Below are positions 1 through 12,600 of a DNA stretch of 64,000 nt, one piece after another. Numbering within the stretch: the stretch's first letter is position 1; every line of letters begins with the position of its first letter. The notes beneath the pieces are model-generated. The model saw nothing but the letters and a program-made list of their open reading frames with translations, had not been told where the DNA came from and made no database searches. The stretch spans positions 221,538 through 285,537 of the forward strand of contig JAPDFW010000091.1 of assembly GCA_028826165.1 (NCBI GenBank), in the 5' to 3' direction. Made by a program: the position numbers and the translations under genes. Source of the stretch: Anaeramoeba ignava BMAN. Its lineage: Eukaryota > Protista > Anaeramoebae.

Positions 1-156
1 AAAATAAATTTTGTTAAAGTTGTATTATTTATTATTATTTAAATTTTGGAAAGAAAAAATTTTTTTTGCTTTTTTTTTTTTAAATTTAAATTTCTAATTA
101 AAAATTTTTTTTTTTTGCTTTTTTTTTTCACAATTAAAAATAGAAACTAAAACAAA

Positions 157-1287
157 ATGGAATCAGATGATGTTGTAGCATGTGTTATCGATAACGGTTC
201 AGGAATGTGCAAAGCAGGATTTGCAGGAGATGATGCACCAAGAGCAGTTTTCCCATCAATTGTTGGAAGACCGCGACATTTAGGAGTTATGGTTGGAATG
301 GGACAAAAAGATTCATATGTTGGAGATGAAGCGCAATCCAAAAGAGGAATTTTAACATTGAAATATCCAATAGAGCACGGAATAGTTGCAAATTGGGATG
401 ATATGGAAAAAGTATGGCATCACACCTTTTATAACGAGTTAAGAACAGCACCAGAAGAGCATCCAGTGCTTATGACTGAAGCGCCATTGAATCCGAAAGC
501 AAACAGAGAAAAAATGATCCAAATCATGTTTGAAACTTTCAACGTTCCGGCATTTTATGTTGCTATTCAAGCCGTTTTATCACTTTATGCATCAGGAAGA
601 ACAACAGGACTTGTCTCAGATACTGGAGATGGTGTTTCTCATGCTGTCCCTATTTATGAAGGTTATGCTTTGCCTCATGCTATCATGAGAATTGATTTGG
701 CAGGAAAAGATTTAACTGATTATTTAATGAAAATTATGACTGAAAGAGGATATTCATTTGTGACAACTGCCGAACGAGAAATTGTTCGAGATATCAAAGA
801 AAAACTCTGCTATGTTGCTTTGGATTTCGACCAAGAAATGGATATTGCAGCTGAATCTTCAGGTGTTGAAAAGAATTATGAATTGCCTGATGGCCAAATC
901 ATCACAATTGGAAATGAACGTTTCAGATGTCCCGAAGTTTTGTTCCAACCTTCCTTCATTGGACATGAACAAGCTGGTCTTCATGAAACAATCTATAGTT
1001 CTATCATGAAATGCGATGTTGATATCAGAAAGGATCTCTATGGAAACGTTGTTCTTGCTGGTGGATCTTCAATGTTCCCAGGAATTTCTGATAGAATTCA
1101 AAAGGAAGTTACTCAATTAGCTCCTCCTGCTATGAAAGTTAAGGTTATTGCTTCTCCTGAAAGAAAATATTCTGCTTGGATTGGTGGTTCTATTTTGGCT
1201 TCTCTTTCCACTTTCTCTTCTATGTGGATTTCTGATGAAGAATATGAAGAATCTGGTCCTTCTATTGTTCACAGAAAATGCTTCTAA
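157..1287 (+). CDS. ACT: Actin (376 aa, intronless)
   Basis: Canonical actin sequence throughout ([28 protein letters not shown] ... HRKCF). Confidence 0.99.
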   Translation: MESDDVVACVIDNGSGMCKAGFAGDDAPRAVFPSIVGRPRHLGVMVGMGQKDSYVGDEAQSKRGILTLKYPIEHGIVANWDDMEKVWHHTFYNELRTAPEEHPVLMTEAPLNPKANREKMIQIMFETFNVPAFYVAIQAVLSLYASGRTTGLVSDTGDGVSHAVPIYEGYALPHAIMRIDLAGKDLTDYLMKIMTERGYSFVTTAEREIVRDIKEKLCYVALDFDQEMDIAAESSGVEKNYELPDGQIITIGNERFRCPEVLFQPSFIGHEQAGLHETIYSSIMKCDVDIRKDLYGNVVLAGGSSMFPGISDRIQKEVTQLAPPAMKVKVIASPERKYSAWIGGSILASLSTFSSMWISDEEYEESGPSIVHRKCF

Positions 1288-1718
1288 AAAGTTCCTTTTT
1301 TTCCGTTTTTTTTTTTTTTTTTCAAAAAGAAAGTTTTTTTCTTTTTTCATTTTTTTTTTCTCAATTCAAACAAGAGTTGATTGATCGAAAAATGAAAACA
1401 AAACCATTTTTTCAACTTTAACAAACAAATTCTTTTAATTTTCTTTAACAATTTATTTAACATTTTAACAATCAATTTATCAATCAATTTATTAAATAAT
1501 TTATAAATCAATTTTCTTTTAAAATTATTTATAAATTTATTTATTAATTTTCTTTTAAATTTTGTTTGGAAATCGGATAAAAATTAAAATTCATTCCAAA
1601 AAGTTTTTTTTTTCTTTTTTATTTTGTAAATTTTTTCTTTTTCTTTTAAAATAACAAATATTCAAATCTCATTTCTCTTCAAGATTTGGATTTGAATTTG
1701 ATTTTGAATTTGATTTTG

Positions 1719-3991
1719 TTAAAGAACAAAACATTCAATTTCTTTAATCTTCCAATAACCATTTTCACCAGCAAAAAAATTCTTTGATTCTTTCGTTTTG
1801 GGTTGAATTCCATCAGGTAAAGTAAAATGATCACCAAAATCAAGTGAAACACCAGCTTTCAAATCAGAACTAGGCATACTCAAATCAGCATTACCAAAAC
1901 AAGGACCAGAACCCAAACGGAAAAAAAGAGCTTGATCCTCTTTCCCTTTTTGGATCGGAAAAATTTGAGGAAAATTTCCTTTTGGACTTTTCAAACTAAA
2001 TAAAAAAGCATTTGAATCCTTGATAAATCTCTCATTCTCTCCTGAAACCCAACCAACTTCAGTAAACCCTCCAAAAATATAGTTCTTCTTCGTTTTGATT
2101 ACAACTAAAGTCTTCCCTTTATCAACGCATTTGTGTTGATATGTTTCTGATGAAAATCCATCTCTTTTGCCAGAAAATCCAAGTCTCATTTTGATAAAAA
2201 AATCATCACTAACCCACTCTTTAAGTTTTTGCATGTGTTTCTTATCCTTAATAATTGTGGATCCACGAAAAACTTCACTGAAGCTTCTTTTCAACGTTTT
2301 TTCCTTATTTTGGATCTTTTCCTTTTTCAAACGTTCTTTTTCTTTTTCTTTTTCTTTTTCTTTTTCTTTTTGATTTTCTTTTGGATTTTCTTTTGGATTT
2401 TCTTTTTGATTTTCTTCTTCTTTTTTTTCTTTCTCTTTCTCTTTCTCTTTCCAAGTTTTCCTCTCAGGCTTTTTCTTTGGCGAATCTCTGTATAAATGCT
2501 TCAGCTTATGTATATTTGCTTCTTTCTCTTTAATTTCCTTCTCCAAATTTTCAATCTCATTTTGTAACTTTTGATTCTCTTTTTTCCATTTATTTTCAAT
2601 CTCATCCCGAAATTTTTTGATTTCGTTCTCTTTCTTTTCAATCTCGTTGTGAAACTGATTGATTTCCTTTTCCTTTTTTTCGATATCATTCTGGAACTGA
2701 TTAATCACTTTTTCCTTCTTTTCAATATCGTTTTGAAACTGGCTCAAGTTTTGCTCCCTTTTTCCCATCATATTCTGGAAATTATTGTTTTCCTCCTTCA
2801 ACTGCTTGGCAATCTCGTTTCTTTCGTTTCTCAATGCAATAATTTCTTCCTCATTTTTCCTCATTTGTTCCACTTTTTGTTGAATTTCCTCATTTTGCAT
2901 TTTCACTTGTTGCTCCAAAATATCCACGTCTCGATTCCTTCTCAAAATGGCGTTTTTCAAGTCTTCCACTTGCTCATTTTGCGCGTCCATTTGATTTTTC
3001 ATCCTTTTTCTCTCGCTCGCCACTTGCCCTTCCACTTTCTGTTTTCGGATTTCAATCTCGTTAATTTCTCTGAAAAAAAAATCAGACAGAAATTCAAACT
3101 TTTTTATTTCCCCAATAACAGAATCATTGATGAAATTTCTTCTTCTCATCCCCTTAAAAATTCCCCCGATCAATCGATTCGTTTCAATCTCAATTGTTTT
3201 CGAGTCACTCTCTTCCATTTTGCTCATTTTACTCTTGATCCAATCCTCAATCATCGCAAAAAATTCGATCCCAATCTTTTCTCCATGCGAAATTTTATCT
3301 TGAATCAATTTGCGCAAATGATTCTCGTTCAAAATTAAAAAATTTGAGTTTTGTTTCAAAAGTGAAAAATTCAAACTCAAAAAATCAAGGCATTTTTCTT
3401 CGATATTTCTTGAAGAAATGAACTCATTTCTTTCAAAATCGGGAAAACATTTGAATCACCCAATGATCGAATGATTTTATTCTCCAAAATTTTAGATAAG
3501 AAATCCAATTGCAAATGTGATGAAATTTTCAAAAGAGAAACTAATTGAAATTCGTTTTGTTTTTCAAGAAACGACAAATCTGCAAAATAAATGTATTTTA
3601 GTATGTTTTTCATTGTTTCTTCATTGCAATCCAAGAAATACATCTCAGATTCATTTTCTTGGTATAAAATTGAGTGGAAAAACCGACTTCTTACACTTAA
3701 AATTAATTTGTGAGTTTTGAATTCAATTTGTTTGTCTTCTTTTCCTTTGACAAAAATGGAAAAATCCTTAAATTTGTTTGAGTGGTAAAAATTGGTAAAA
3801 TTTCCAAGTAAAATTTCTTTTGCTTTTGTTTCATTTTCTTTTTGAATTTCTTTTTCATTTTCTTTTTCATTTTCTTTTTGATTTTCTTTTTCAATTTCAT
3901 TTTCATTTTCATTTTCATTTTCATTTTCATTTTCATTTTCTTCTATTTGAGCGTTAGAATTATTTTCGTTTGAATTATCATTTGTTTTCAT
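1719..3991 (-). CDS. BTB/BACK + coiled-coil + TLDc domain protein; one gene split by a 1-nt frameshift at about 3390
   Basis: ORF 3377-3991 has a BTB motif (FKDFSIFV...FKTHKLILSVRSRFF...ILKYIY). Shifting frame in an A-run gives KKCLDFLSLNF (BACK-like) and continues into ORF 1719-3380, which ends in a TLDc domain (GKRDGFS...TLVVIKTKKNYIFGGFT...AFLFSL...GPCFG...EIECF). Confidence 0.8.
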
Positions 3992-4291
3992 TTCTGTTAA
4001 AAATAGATTTAAAAAAGATCAATTAGTTTTTGTTTTTTTTTTTTGGAAAATTTTTCAATAATAATTTCTTTCTTTTTTTTTTTTAAATTAAAATTTACTT
4101 TTTTAATAAATGGTTGTTTTTGATTTCGATTTTGTTTTTGTTAAAAAAGTAAAATAAAAGAAGAAAAAAAATTAATTAAAACAAAAAAACAAAGAAAAAA
4201 AAAATGAAAAAAAAAATTTTTCATTTTTTTTCTTATTTTTCTTTTCATTTCTTTTTAATAAAAAAAAAATAATAAAATAAACAAAAATCAA

Positions 4292-7252
4292 ATGAGGAAA
4301 TTTTCCGATTTAAGAATTGAAAATCGGGAACCAGCAGTTAATAAGTTATACAATCCAATTATCAAGCAAAGAATGAGATTAAATATATCAATTCCACCAA
4401 TTTTTATTTCAAGAGAAACTGAAGGAATAAATTTTTTTTTAGAACGTTTACATTTTAAAACATTTCCTTGGGCAAGAGGAACATTTATTACTCATATGAA
4501 TCCTTCTTTGTGTCCTTCTACTAATAAAAATTCTGTTAATCCATATCTTGGTCAAGTTCTTGCTGAAGATCCTACTGGTTCGATTTCTTTTGATGCTATG
4601 TTTGATTCTATTTGTTATTCCCCAAGGACTCATAAACTTATGGGTATATTAGATTAAATATTAAACATTAGATAATAATAAATATTAAATAATAAATAAT
4701 AAATAATAAATAATAAATAATAAATAATAAATAATAAATATTAAATAATAAATAATAAATATTAAATAATAAATATTAAATAATAAATAAATTAAATATT
4801 AAATATTAAATATTAAATAATAAATATTAAATATTAAATATTAAATATTAAATATTAAATAATAAATAATAAATAATAAATATAAAATAAATATTAAATA
4901 TTAAAATAATAAAATAATAAATATTAAAAAATAAAAATAAATAATAAATATTAAAATAATAAATAATAAATATTAAATATTAAATAATAAATAATAAAAT
5001 ATAATAAATATTAAAATAATTAAATAATAAATAATAAATAATAAAAATAAATAAATAATAAATAATAAAATAATAAATAATAAATAATAAATAATAAATA
5101 ATAAATATTAAATAATAAATATTAAATAATAAATATTAAATAATAAATAATAAATAATAAATAATAAATAATAAATATTAAATATTAAAATATTAAATAT
5201 TAAATATTAAATAATAAATAATAAATATTAAATAATAAATATTAAATATTAAATATTAAATAATAAATATTAAATAAAAATAATAATAAATATTAAATAA
5301 TAAATATTAAATATTAAATAATAAATAATAAATAATAAATAATAAATAATAAATATTAAATAATAAATATTAAATAAATATTAAATATTAAATAATAAAT
5401 ATTAAATAATAAATAATAAATAATAAATATTAAATATTAAATATTAAATAATAAATATTAAATATTAAATAATAAATATTAAATATTAAATATTAAATAT
5501 TAAATAATAAATATTAAATATTAAATAATAAATAATAAATAATAAATAATAAATATTAAATATTAAATATTAAACATTAAATATTAAATATTAAATATTA
5601 AATAATAAATAATAAATATTTAATATTTAATATTAAATATATGATAAATACGAATTTAGCTGGAAGAATTTCTCGAGTTGATCAATCCCAAATTCATATT
5701 TTAATCAATCTTACTTTTAGTGCAATTGTTCCTGCTGATTTAATTCCAGGTTATACTTATGATCGAACACAAGAATTATTCTTTTTGACTCAAGATCCTT
5801 CAAATGAATCACAATTTATTCAATCGGAATCTTGGGTGATTTTTGAAGTAATCAAGTAAGGAATTCAAATCAAATAATTCAATTCAAATTCAATTTCAAA
5901 TTCAAATTCAAATTCAATTCAATTCAAATTCAATCCAATTCAAATCAAATTCAAATTCAATCAAATTCAAATTCAAAATTCAAAATTCAAATTCAAATTT
6001 AAATCCAAATTTAAATTCAATTTCAAATCCAATTTCAAATTCAAATTCAATTCAAATTAAATTCAATTTCAATTCAAATTAAATATTCAATTCAATTCAA
6101 ATTCAATATTCAATTCAATTAAATTTAAATTCAAATTAAAATTCAATTCAAATCCAAATTTAAATTCAAATTAAAATTCAATTCAAATCCAAATTTAAAT
6201 TCAAATTAAAATTCAATTAAATATTTAAATTCAATATTCAAATTCAAATTCAATTCAAATTCAATTTCAATTTCAATTCAATATTCAATATTCAATTCAA
6301 TATTCAATTCAATTTAATTCAATATTCAAATTCAATTTCAAATTCAATTCAATATTCAATTCAATATTCAATTCAATTTCAATTCAAAATTCAAATTCAA
6401 TTTAAAATTCAATTCAATTCAAATTCAAATTCAATTTCAATTCAAAATTCAAATTCAATATTCAATTAAAATTAAAATTCAAATTCAAATTCAAATTCAA
6501 ATTCAAATTCAAATTCAAATTCAAATTCAAATTCAGTTTCAATTTCAATTCAAATTCAATTTTCAATTCAATTCAATTCAATTCAATATTCAATATTCAA
6601 ATTCAATTCAATTCTATATTCAATTCGATTCAATTAAATTCAAATCCAAAATCAAATTCAATTAAATATTTAAATTCAATATTCAATTCAAATTTAAATT
6701 CAAATTCAAATTTAAATTCAATTTCAAATTCAATTTCAAATCCAAATTAAAATTCAATATTCAATTAAAATTCAAATTCAAATTCAAATTTAAATTAAAA
6801 TTAAAATTCAAATTCAAATTCAAATTAAAATTAAAATTCAAATTTAAATTCAATTTCAAATTCAATATTCAATTTTATTCTTTTTTTATCCTTTCTTGAA
6901 AAGACTATCTTTATCTGGTGAAAAAATTTTAATCACAGGTTCTTTAACAAGTCCTGAAACTGGAATTATTGAATTTGATGAACTTCCTGATTTTGCAATT
7001 TTAACTTTTCCTGAAATTCAAAATGAAATTTCAAAAGGACTTTATTTTGCAAAAGACAAAAATCTAAAAGATGAAGATGAAGATGATGAAAATGAATATG
7101 AATATGAAAGTGAAAATGAAAGTGAAAATGAAATTCAAAATGAAAGAGGTAATCTTCCTTTTATTTTTAGTGATTCAAGTGATTCAAGTGATTCAAGTGA
7201 TTCAAGTGATAATTCAAAAATGGAAATTGATTTCGCAGATGAAAATAATTAA
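4292..7252 (+). CDS. RPA43: Probable RNA polymerase I subunit RPA43 (Rpb7-like), 3 exons: 4292-4643, 5660-5855, 6904-7252
   Basis: GT-AG joins keep the frame. The spliced protein has the RPA43 layout (RLNISIPP, GQVLAEDP, YSP...GRI...IHILINLTFSAIVPADLIP, IFEV...ILITGSL) plus an acidic C-terminal tail. Family assigned by motif recognition only. Confidence 0.65.
4644..5659 (+). repeat. Intron made of (AATAATA/AATATTA)n heptamer repeats
   Basis: GTATAT...TTTAG boundaries, almost pure A/T repeat, in-frame exon join. Confidence 0.8.
5856..6903 (+). repeat. Intron made of (AATTC/AAATTC)n repeats
   Basis: GTAAGG...AAAAG boundaries, in-frame join. Confidence 0.75.
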
Positions 7253-7387
7253 AATTTTTTAAACTAAATAAATTTGTAATTTAGAGGAAAAATAATACAT
7301 TTTCTTTTCATTTTTTTCATTTTTTCACAAATTCCCAAAAATAAACGAAAAATTCAAAAATTTTTTTTTTTCATTTTTTCTTTTTAA

Positions 7388-8305
7388 ATGGAAAATCCAT
7401 ATATAATTGTAGTTGGTTCTTCAAATCTTGATTTTTATAGTTATGTTGAAAAACATCCCAAAATACGAGAAACAATTGAAGGAAAAGAATTAATAACAGG
7501 ATTTGGAGGAAAAGGAGCAAATCAAGCAGTTATGATGAGCAATCTTGGCGGGAAAGTTGAGATGATAACAAGAGTAGGCGATGATATTTTTGGAGATCAA
7601 ATCAAATCAAACTATGAATCATTTGGAGTTTTAACTAGTAGTTTAATAAAAACAGAAAAAACACCGACAGGAATAGCATTAGTTTCTGTAAACTCAAATG
7701 GACAGAATAGAATTGTTATTCATTCAGGTGCTAACGGTCGTTTATGTAAAGAAGATGTTGAAAAATGTGAAGAAAAATTCAAACAAGCAAAGGCAGTTGT
7801 CACTCAACTTGAAACTCCAGTTGAAGCCGCACTTTCCGCAATGAAATTAGGTCGCAAATACAATGCAATCACCATTTTGAATCCTGCTCCGGCTTATCAT
7901 GATTTGCCGAGCGAACTTTTCCAAAATTCCGATATTGTTTGTCCAAATGAAACCGAAGCAGAAATTATAACTGGTCAACATATTGAAACAATAGAAGATG
8001 CAACAAATGCAGGCAAAATTATTCTTGAAATGGGTGCAAAAAATGTGGTTGTTACTCTTGGTTCAAAAGGTTGTGTTTGGGTTACTTCAAGTTTTTCTCG
8101 TTATGTTCCTACTCAAGTAGTTAAGGTTGTTGATTCAACTGGTTCAGGTGATGCTTTTGTTGGAAGTTTTACTTATTCTCTTGCTATTGGTAATCCTATT
8201 CTTGAATCTCTACAGTTTGCTGTTAAAGTTGCCACAATGTCTGTTACAAAAAAAGGAACTCAAATGTCTTTTCCCAAAAAATCGGAGTTAGATGGATTGA
8301 TTTAA
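7388..8305 (+). CDS. RBKS: Ribokinase (PfkB family)
   Basis: VVGSSNLD, GGKGANQA, NPAP, PNETEA and DSTGSGDAFVG motifs. Confidence 0.95.
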   Translation: MENPYIIVVGSSNLDFYSYVEKHPKIRETIEGKELITGFGGKGANQAVMMSNLGGKVEMITRVGDDIFGDQIKSNYESFGVLTSSLIKTEKTPTGIALVSVNSNGQNRIVIHSGANGRLCKEDVEKCEEKFKQAKAVVTQLETPVEAALSAMKLGRKYNAITILNPAPAYHDLPSELFQNSDIVCPNETEAEIITGQHIETIEDATNAGKIILEMGAKNVVVTLGSKGCVWVTSSFSRYVPTQVVKVVDSTGSGDAFVGSFTYSLAIGNPILESLQFAVKVATMSVTKKGTQMSFPKKSELDGLI

Positions 8306-8319
8306 TTTAATTTAATTTG

Positions 8320-9410
8320 ATTTAAGGAAAAATTAAAGAAAAATTTTTTAAAATTCCACTTTTTATTAATTTTAATTTGATTTGATTTAAAATTGATTTA
8401 ATTTGATTAAAAATTGATTTAAGAAAAACTAAAGAAATTATTTAAAATTCCACTTTTTATTAATTTTAGATTTTGATTTGATTTGATTTGATTTGATTTT
8501 TGATTTAAATTTATTTAAAATTTAAACTTTTTATTAATTTTAGATTTGGATTTGATTTAATTTAAATTTGAAAATTTAAAAGAAATTTATTAAAGAAAAA
8601 TTCCACTTTTTATTAATTTTAAATTTTAATTTTGATTTAAAATTGATTTAATTTAAAATTGATTTAATTTAAAATTGATTTAAATTTAATTTAAGAAAAA
8701 TTAAAGAAAAATTTTTTAAAATTCCACTTTTTATTAATTTTAAATTTAATTTTGATTTGATTTTAAATTTTATTTAATTTAAATTTGATTTAAGAAAAAT
8801 TAAAGAAATTATTTAAAATTCCACTTTTTATTAATTTAATTTTGATTTGATTTGATTTGATTTGATTTTGATTTAAATTTGATTTAAATTTGATTTAAGA
8901 AAAATTAAAGAAATTATTTAAAATTCCACTTTTTATTAATTTTGATTAAATTTTCAATTTAATTTGATTTAAGAAAAATTAAAGAAATTATTTAAAATTC
9001 CACTTTTTATTAATTTTGATTTGATTTAATTTTGATTAAATTTGATTTAATTTGATTTAAGAAAAATTAAAGAAATTATTTAAAATTCCACTTTTTATTA
9101 ATTTTAAATTTTGATTTAATTTTGATTTGATTTTGATTTAAATTTTGATTTAATTTTGATTTGATTTTGATTTTAATTTGATTTAAATTTGATTTAAATT
9201 TGATTTAAGAAAAATTAAAGAAATTATTTAAAATTCCACTTTTTATTAATTTTAGATTTTGATTTTGATTTGATTTGATTTTGATTTAATTTTGATTTGA
9301 TTTTGATTTTAATTTGATTTAAATTTGAATCAAATTTGATTTAAGAAAAATTAAAGAAAAATTATTTAAAATTCCACTTTTTATTAATTTTAGATTTTGA
9401 TTTTGATTTA
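8320..9410. repeat. Minisatellite: about 11 copies of a ~50-nt core GATTTAAGAAAAATTAAAGAAATTATTTAAAATTCCACTTTTTATTAATTT separated by variable (TTTGA)n
   Basis: CCACTTTTTATTAAT recurs at about 8356, 8450, 8603, 8724, 8821, 8926, 9000, 9088, 9236 and 9374, with a variant near 8526. Confidence 0.85.
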
Positions 9411-9690
9411 AAATTGATTAAAATTTAAATAAATAAAAAGAGAAAAAAAAAAATAATAAAAAAATAATTTTAAAGTGAGAAAACTGGTGTTTTGTTATTT
9501 TATTTTTGCTTTTTATTATCTTTTTTTTTTTTCGTTTTGTTTATTAAATTAATTGAAAAGAATTTTAAAAAAAATTATTTTTCATTTTTTTTTTTCTTTC
9601 CAAAAATTTATTTTATTTAAAACTATTTTTTTATTTTTATTTTTTATTTTTATTGTTATTTTACAAAAAATTTCACATTAAAAATAACAA

Positions 9691-12600
9691 ATGTCACAAC
9701 CAAACGAAACACAAATAAAAAGAGTGCCAAGATCATTAAAATTACCAGACCAAACAGTATGGAAATTGCCAGAAAACACAGGAAGAACAAGTCAAAGAAC
9801 AACCAATAGAGTGACAGCTAGAATACCAAGTAGAGTGACAGCTAGAATACCAAGTCGAATGACAGCTAGAATACCAAGTAGAATGACAGCTAGAATCCCA
9901 AGTAGAGTGACAGCTAGAATCCCAAGTAGAGTGACAGCTAGACAACCAAAAGAAAAATCAAATGCACCTCAAAGACCAAAAGGTCCTCCTCCTACAAGAG
10001 GCACTTTCCAAACAAGTCCCAGACAAACACAACCAACTATTAAATCTCCACAGTTTGGACAACAAATTGGGGCACAAAAAACAACAAGAACACCACCTAA
10101 TTCAAAACCACCACAACTCCAATCAAGATCAAATGTAAAAAATCCAAATTTAAATTCTCAACAAAAAAATCAATTTCAAAGCGGAAGAGTGATTAGCAGA
10201 CAAAAACCAACAAAACCACCTCCACAACCCCAATCCCAAACAAAAAATTTAAGTCCAAATCAAAACCAAAATCAAAATCAAAATAAAATTCAAAATCAAA
10301 ATAAAAATCAAATTCAAAACCAAAATCAAAATCAAATTCAAAATCAAAATATTATAAGAGGAAGAAATCTTCCAAGACAAAAACCAACAAGATCACCTCC
10401 ACAACCAAAACCTCGAGCAACAAATATAAGTCCAAATCAAAGTCAAAATCAATATCAAAATCAAAATCAAAACAAATCACCTATTCAACAATCAAGAAGA
10501 AGTCCAATAAATCAAAATCAAAATCAAATTCAAAATATTATAAGAGGAAGAAATCTTCCAAGACAAAAACCAACAAGATCACCTCCACAACCAAAACCTC
10601 GAGCAACAAATATAAGTCCAAATCAATATCAATATCAAAATCAAAATCAAAATCAATATCAAAATCAAAACAAATCACCTATTCAGCAATCAAGAAGAAG
10701 TCCAATAAATCAATATCAAAATAAGTCACCTATTCAACAAACAGGAAGAAGTCCAATAAATCAAAATCAAAATCAAAATCAAAATCAAAATCAAAATCAA
10801 AATCAAAATCAAAATCAAAATCAAAATAAATTCAAAACTCCAAACCAAATTCGAAACCAATTTGAAAATAAATCTACAGAAAGAAATCCACAAAAACAAA
10901 ATAAACCAATTCAAGACGAACTCAAAGTTATTCCTTCTTATCAAAGAAAAATTTTTGGAAACTTAGAAAATCCTTCTCCCAAATCAGTGAAAACACCTAA
11001 TAAAATACAAAATCAACCTACAGAAAAACCAAAAGAAGAAAACAAATTATCTTCATATCAAAAACCTTTACAAAATATACAAAACGTAGAAAATACTCAA
11101 ACTTCACCATATAAGATAACTCCCAAAGATCAACCACAAACACAAAATCAATTTACAAACAAAATTTCAACTCAGTCTCCAAAAAACTTCGAAATTCAAC
11201 AAAAAGAACAACCAAAACAAGAAATTGAAAACCAAAAGAAAAATGAGAAAACTACTTCTCAAGATAATGAAGATGATGAAAATCAACATAATTATTATAC
11301 AGAAGATTATGATAAAGATTATGAAGATGAAAATGAAAATAATAATGAAGATGATAACAAACAACATAATTATTATACAGAAGATTATGATCAAGATTAT
11401 GAAGACGAAAATGATAACAAACAACATAATTATTATACAGAGGATTATGATAAAGATTACGGAGATGAAAATCAAAATGAAAATCAAGATGAAAATGAAA
11501 ATCAAAATGAAAATCAAAATGAAAATGAATATGAAAATCAAAATGAAAATGAAAATGAAAATCAAAATGAAAATCAATATGAAAATGAAAATGAAAATCA
11601 AGATGAAAATCAATATGAAAATGAAAATGAATATGAAAATGAAAATCAAGATGAAAATCAATATGAAAATCAAAATCAAGATGAAAATCAAGATGAAAAT
11701 CAATATGAAAATGAAAATCAAGATGAAAATGAAAATCAATATGAAAATGAAAATGAAAATCAAAATGAAAATGAAAATCAATATGAAAATGAAAATGAAA
11801 ATGAAATCGAAAATGAAAATGAAAATGAAAATCAATATGAAAATGAAAATGAAATCGAAAATGAAGATGAAATCGAAAAAGAAAATGAAGATGAAAATGA
11901 AAATGAAAACGAAGAACAAGAACCACAATATTCAGAAGAAGTCCTTCAATACATTACATATCACCAAGAACTCAAAGAACAAATGGATGTACTCAAAGCA
12001 ATCATCCAACAAACACTAAAATATATTGAAAATTCACTTAAAGATGATGCTGTTGTTCTTATAAATGCAATCAAAGAGATGATTGAACCATTATCAGATT
12101 ATTTTATTGCAGCAGATGAATGTGTTAGAGTGTTTTTTGGATACGAAATTGAAGAAGAAACATTTTTAAACAAATTCCATCAGATTTTATTAGCAGAAAG
12201 TTTTAAAGATTTGGAAAGTATTTTGAAGGAATTTATGGAGAAAGCAAATCAAATAATCTCCGAAGAAGAAGATCAAGAACTTGCTAATGAAATCCATACA
12301 GACATTCTTTTCATTTGCGAAGAAATTGAAAACAGAGTCAATTTATTCATTGAATGTGTTGATTATGAAGTCAGTCAAATTGATGAAAAGGAAAGAAAGA
12401 AAATTGAAGAAGAAAAAGCAAATGAAGAAAAACAAAACAACGCAGATCAAACAGAAACAGAAACGAAGACACAATCACCTGTGGAAACGGAAAAAAAGCC
12501 AGAGAAGCTCCCATCACTTCCGATTCTATCTACAGGAAAAGAAAAGAAAAAGAAGCCCAAAACAAAGGGATCTGCATTAAAAGACCAGCAATCACAACCA

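Noticed and set aside
11167-12019. ORFs of (MK)n, (IL)n, (FH)n, (NF)n here and at 21135-21900, 23500-24020, 28734-29705, 36200-36660, 41200-42185
   Set aside because: Alternative-frame or antisense readings of hexamer repeats.
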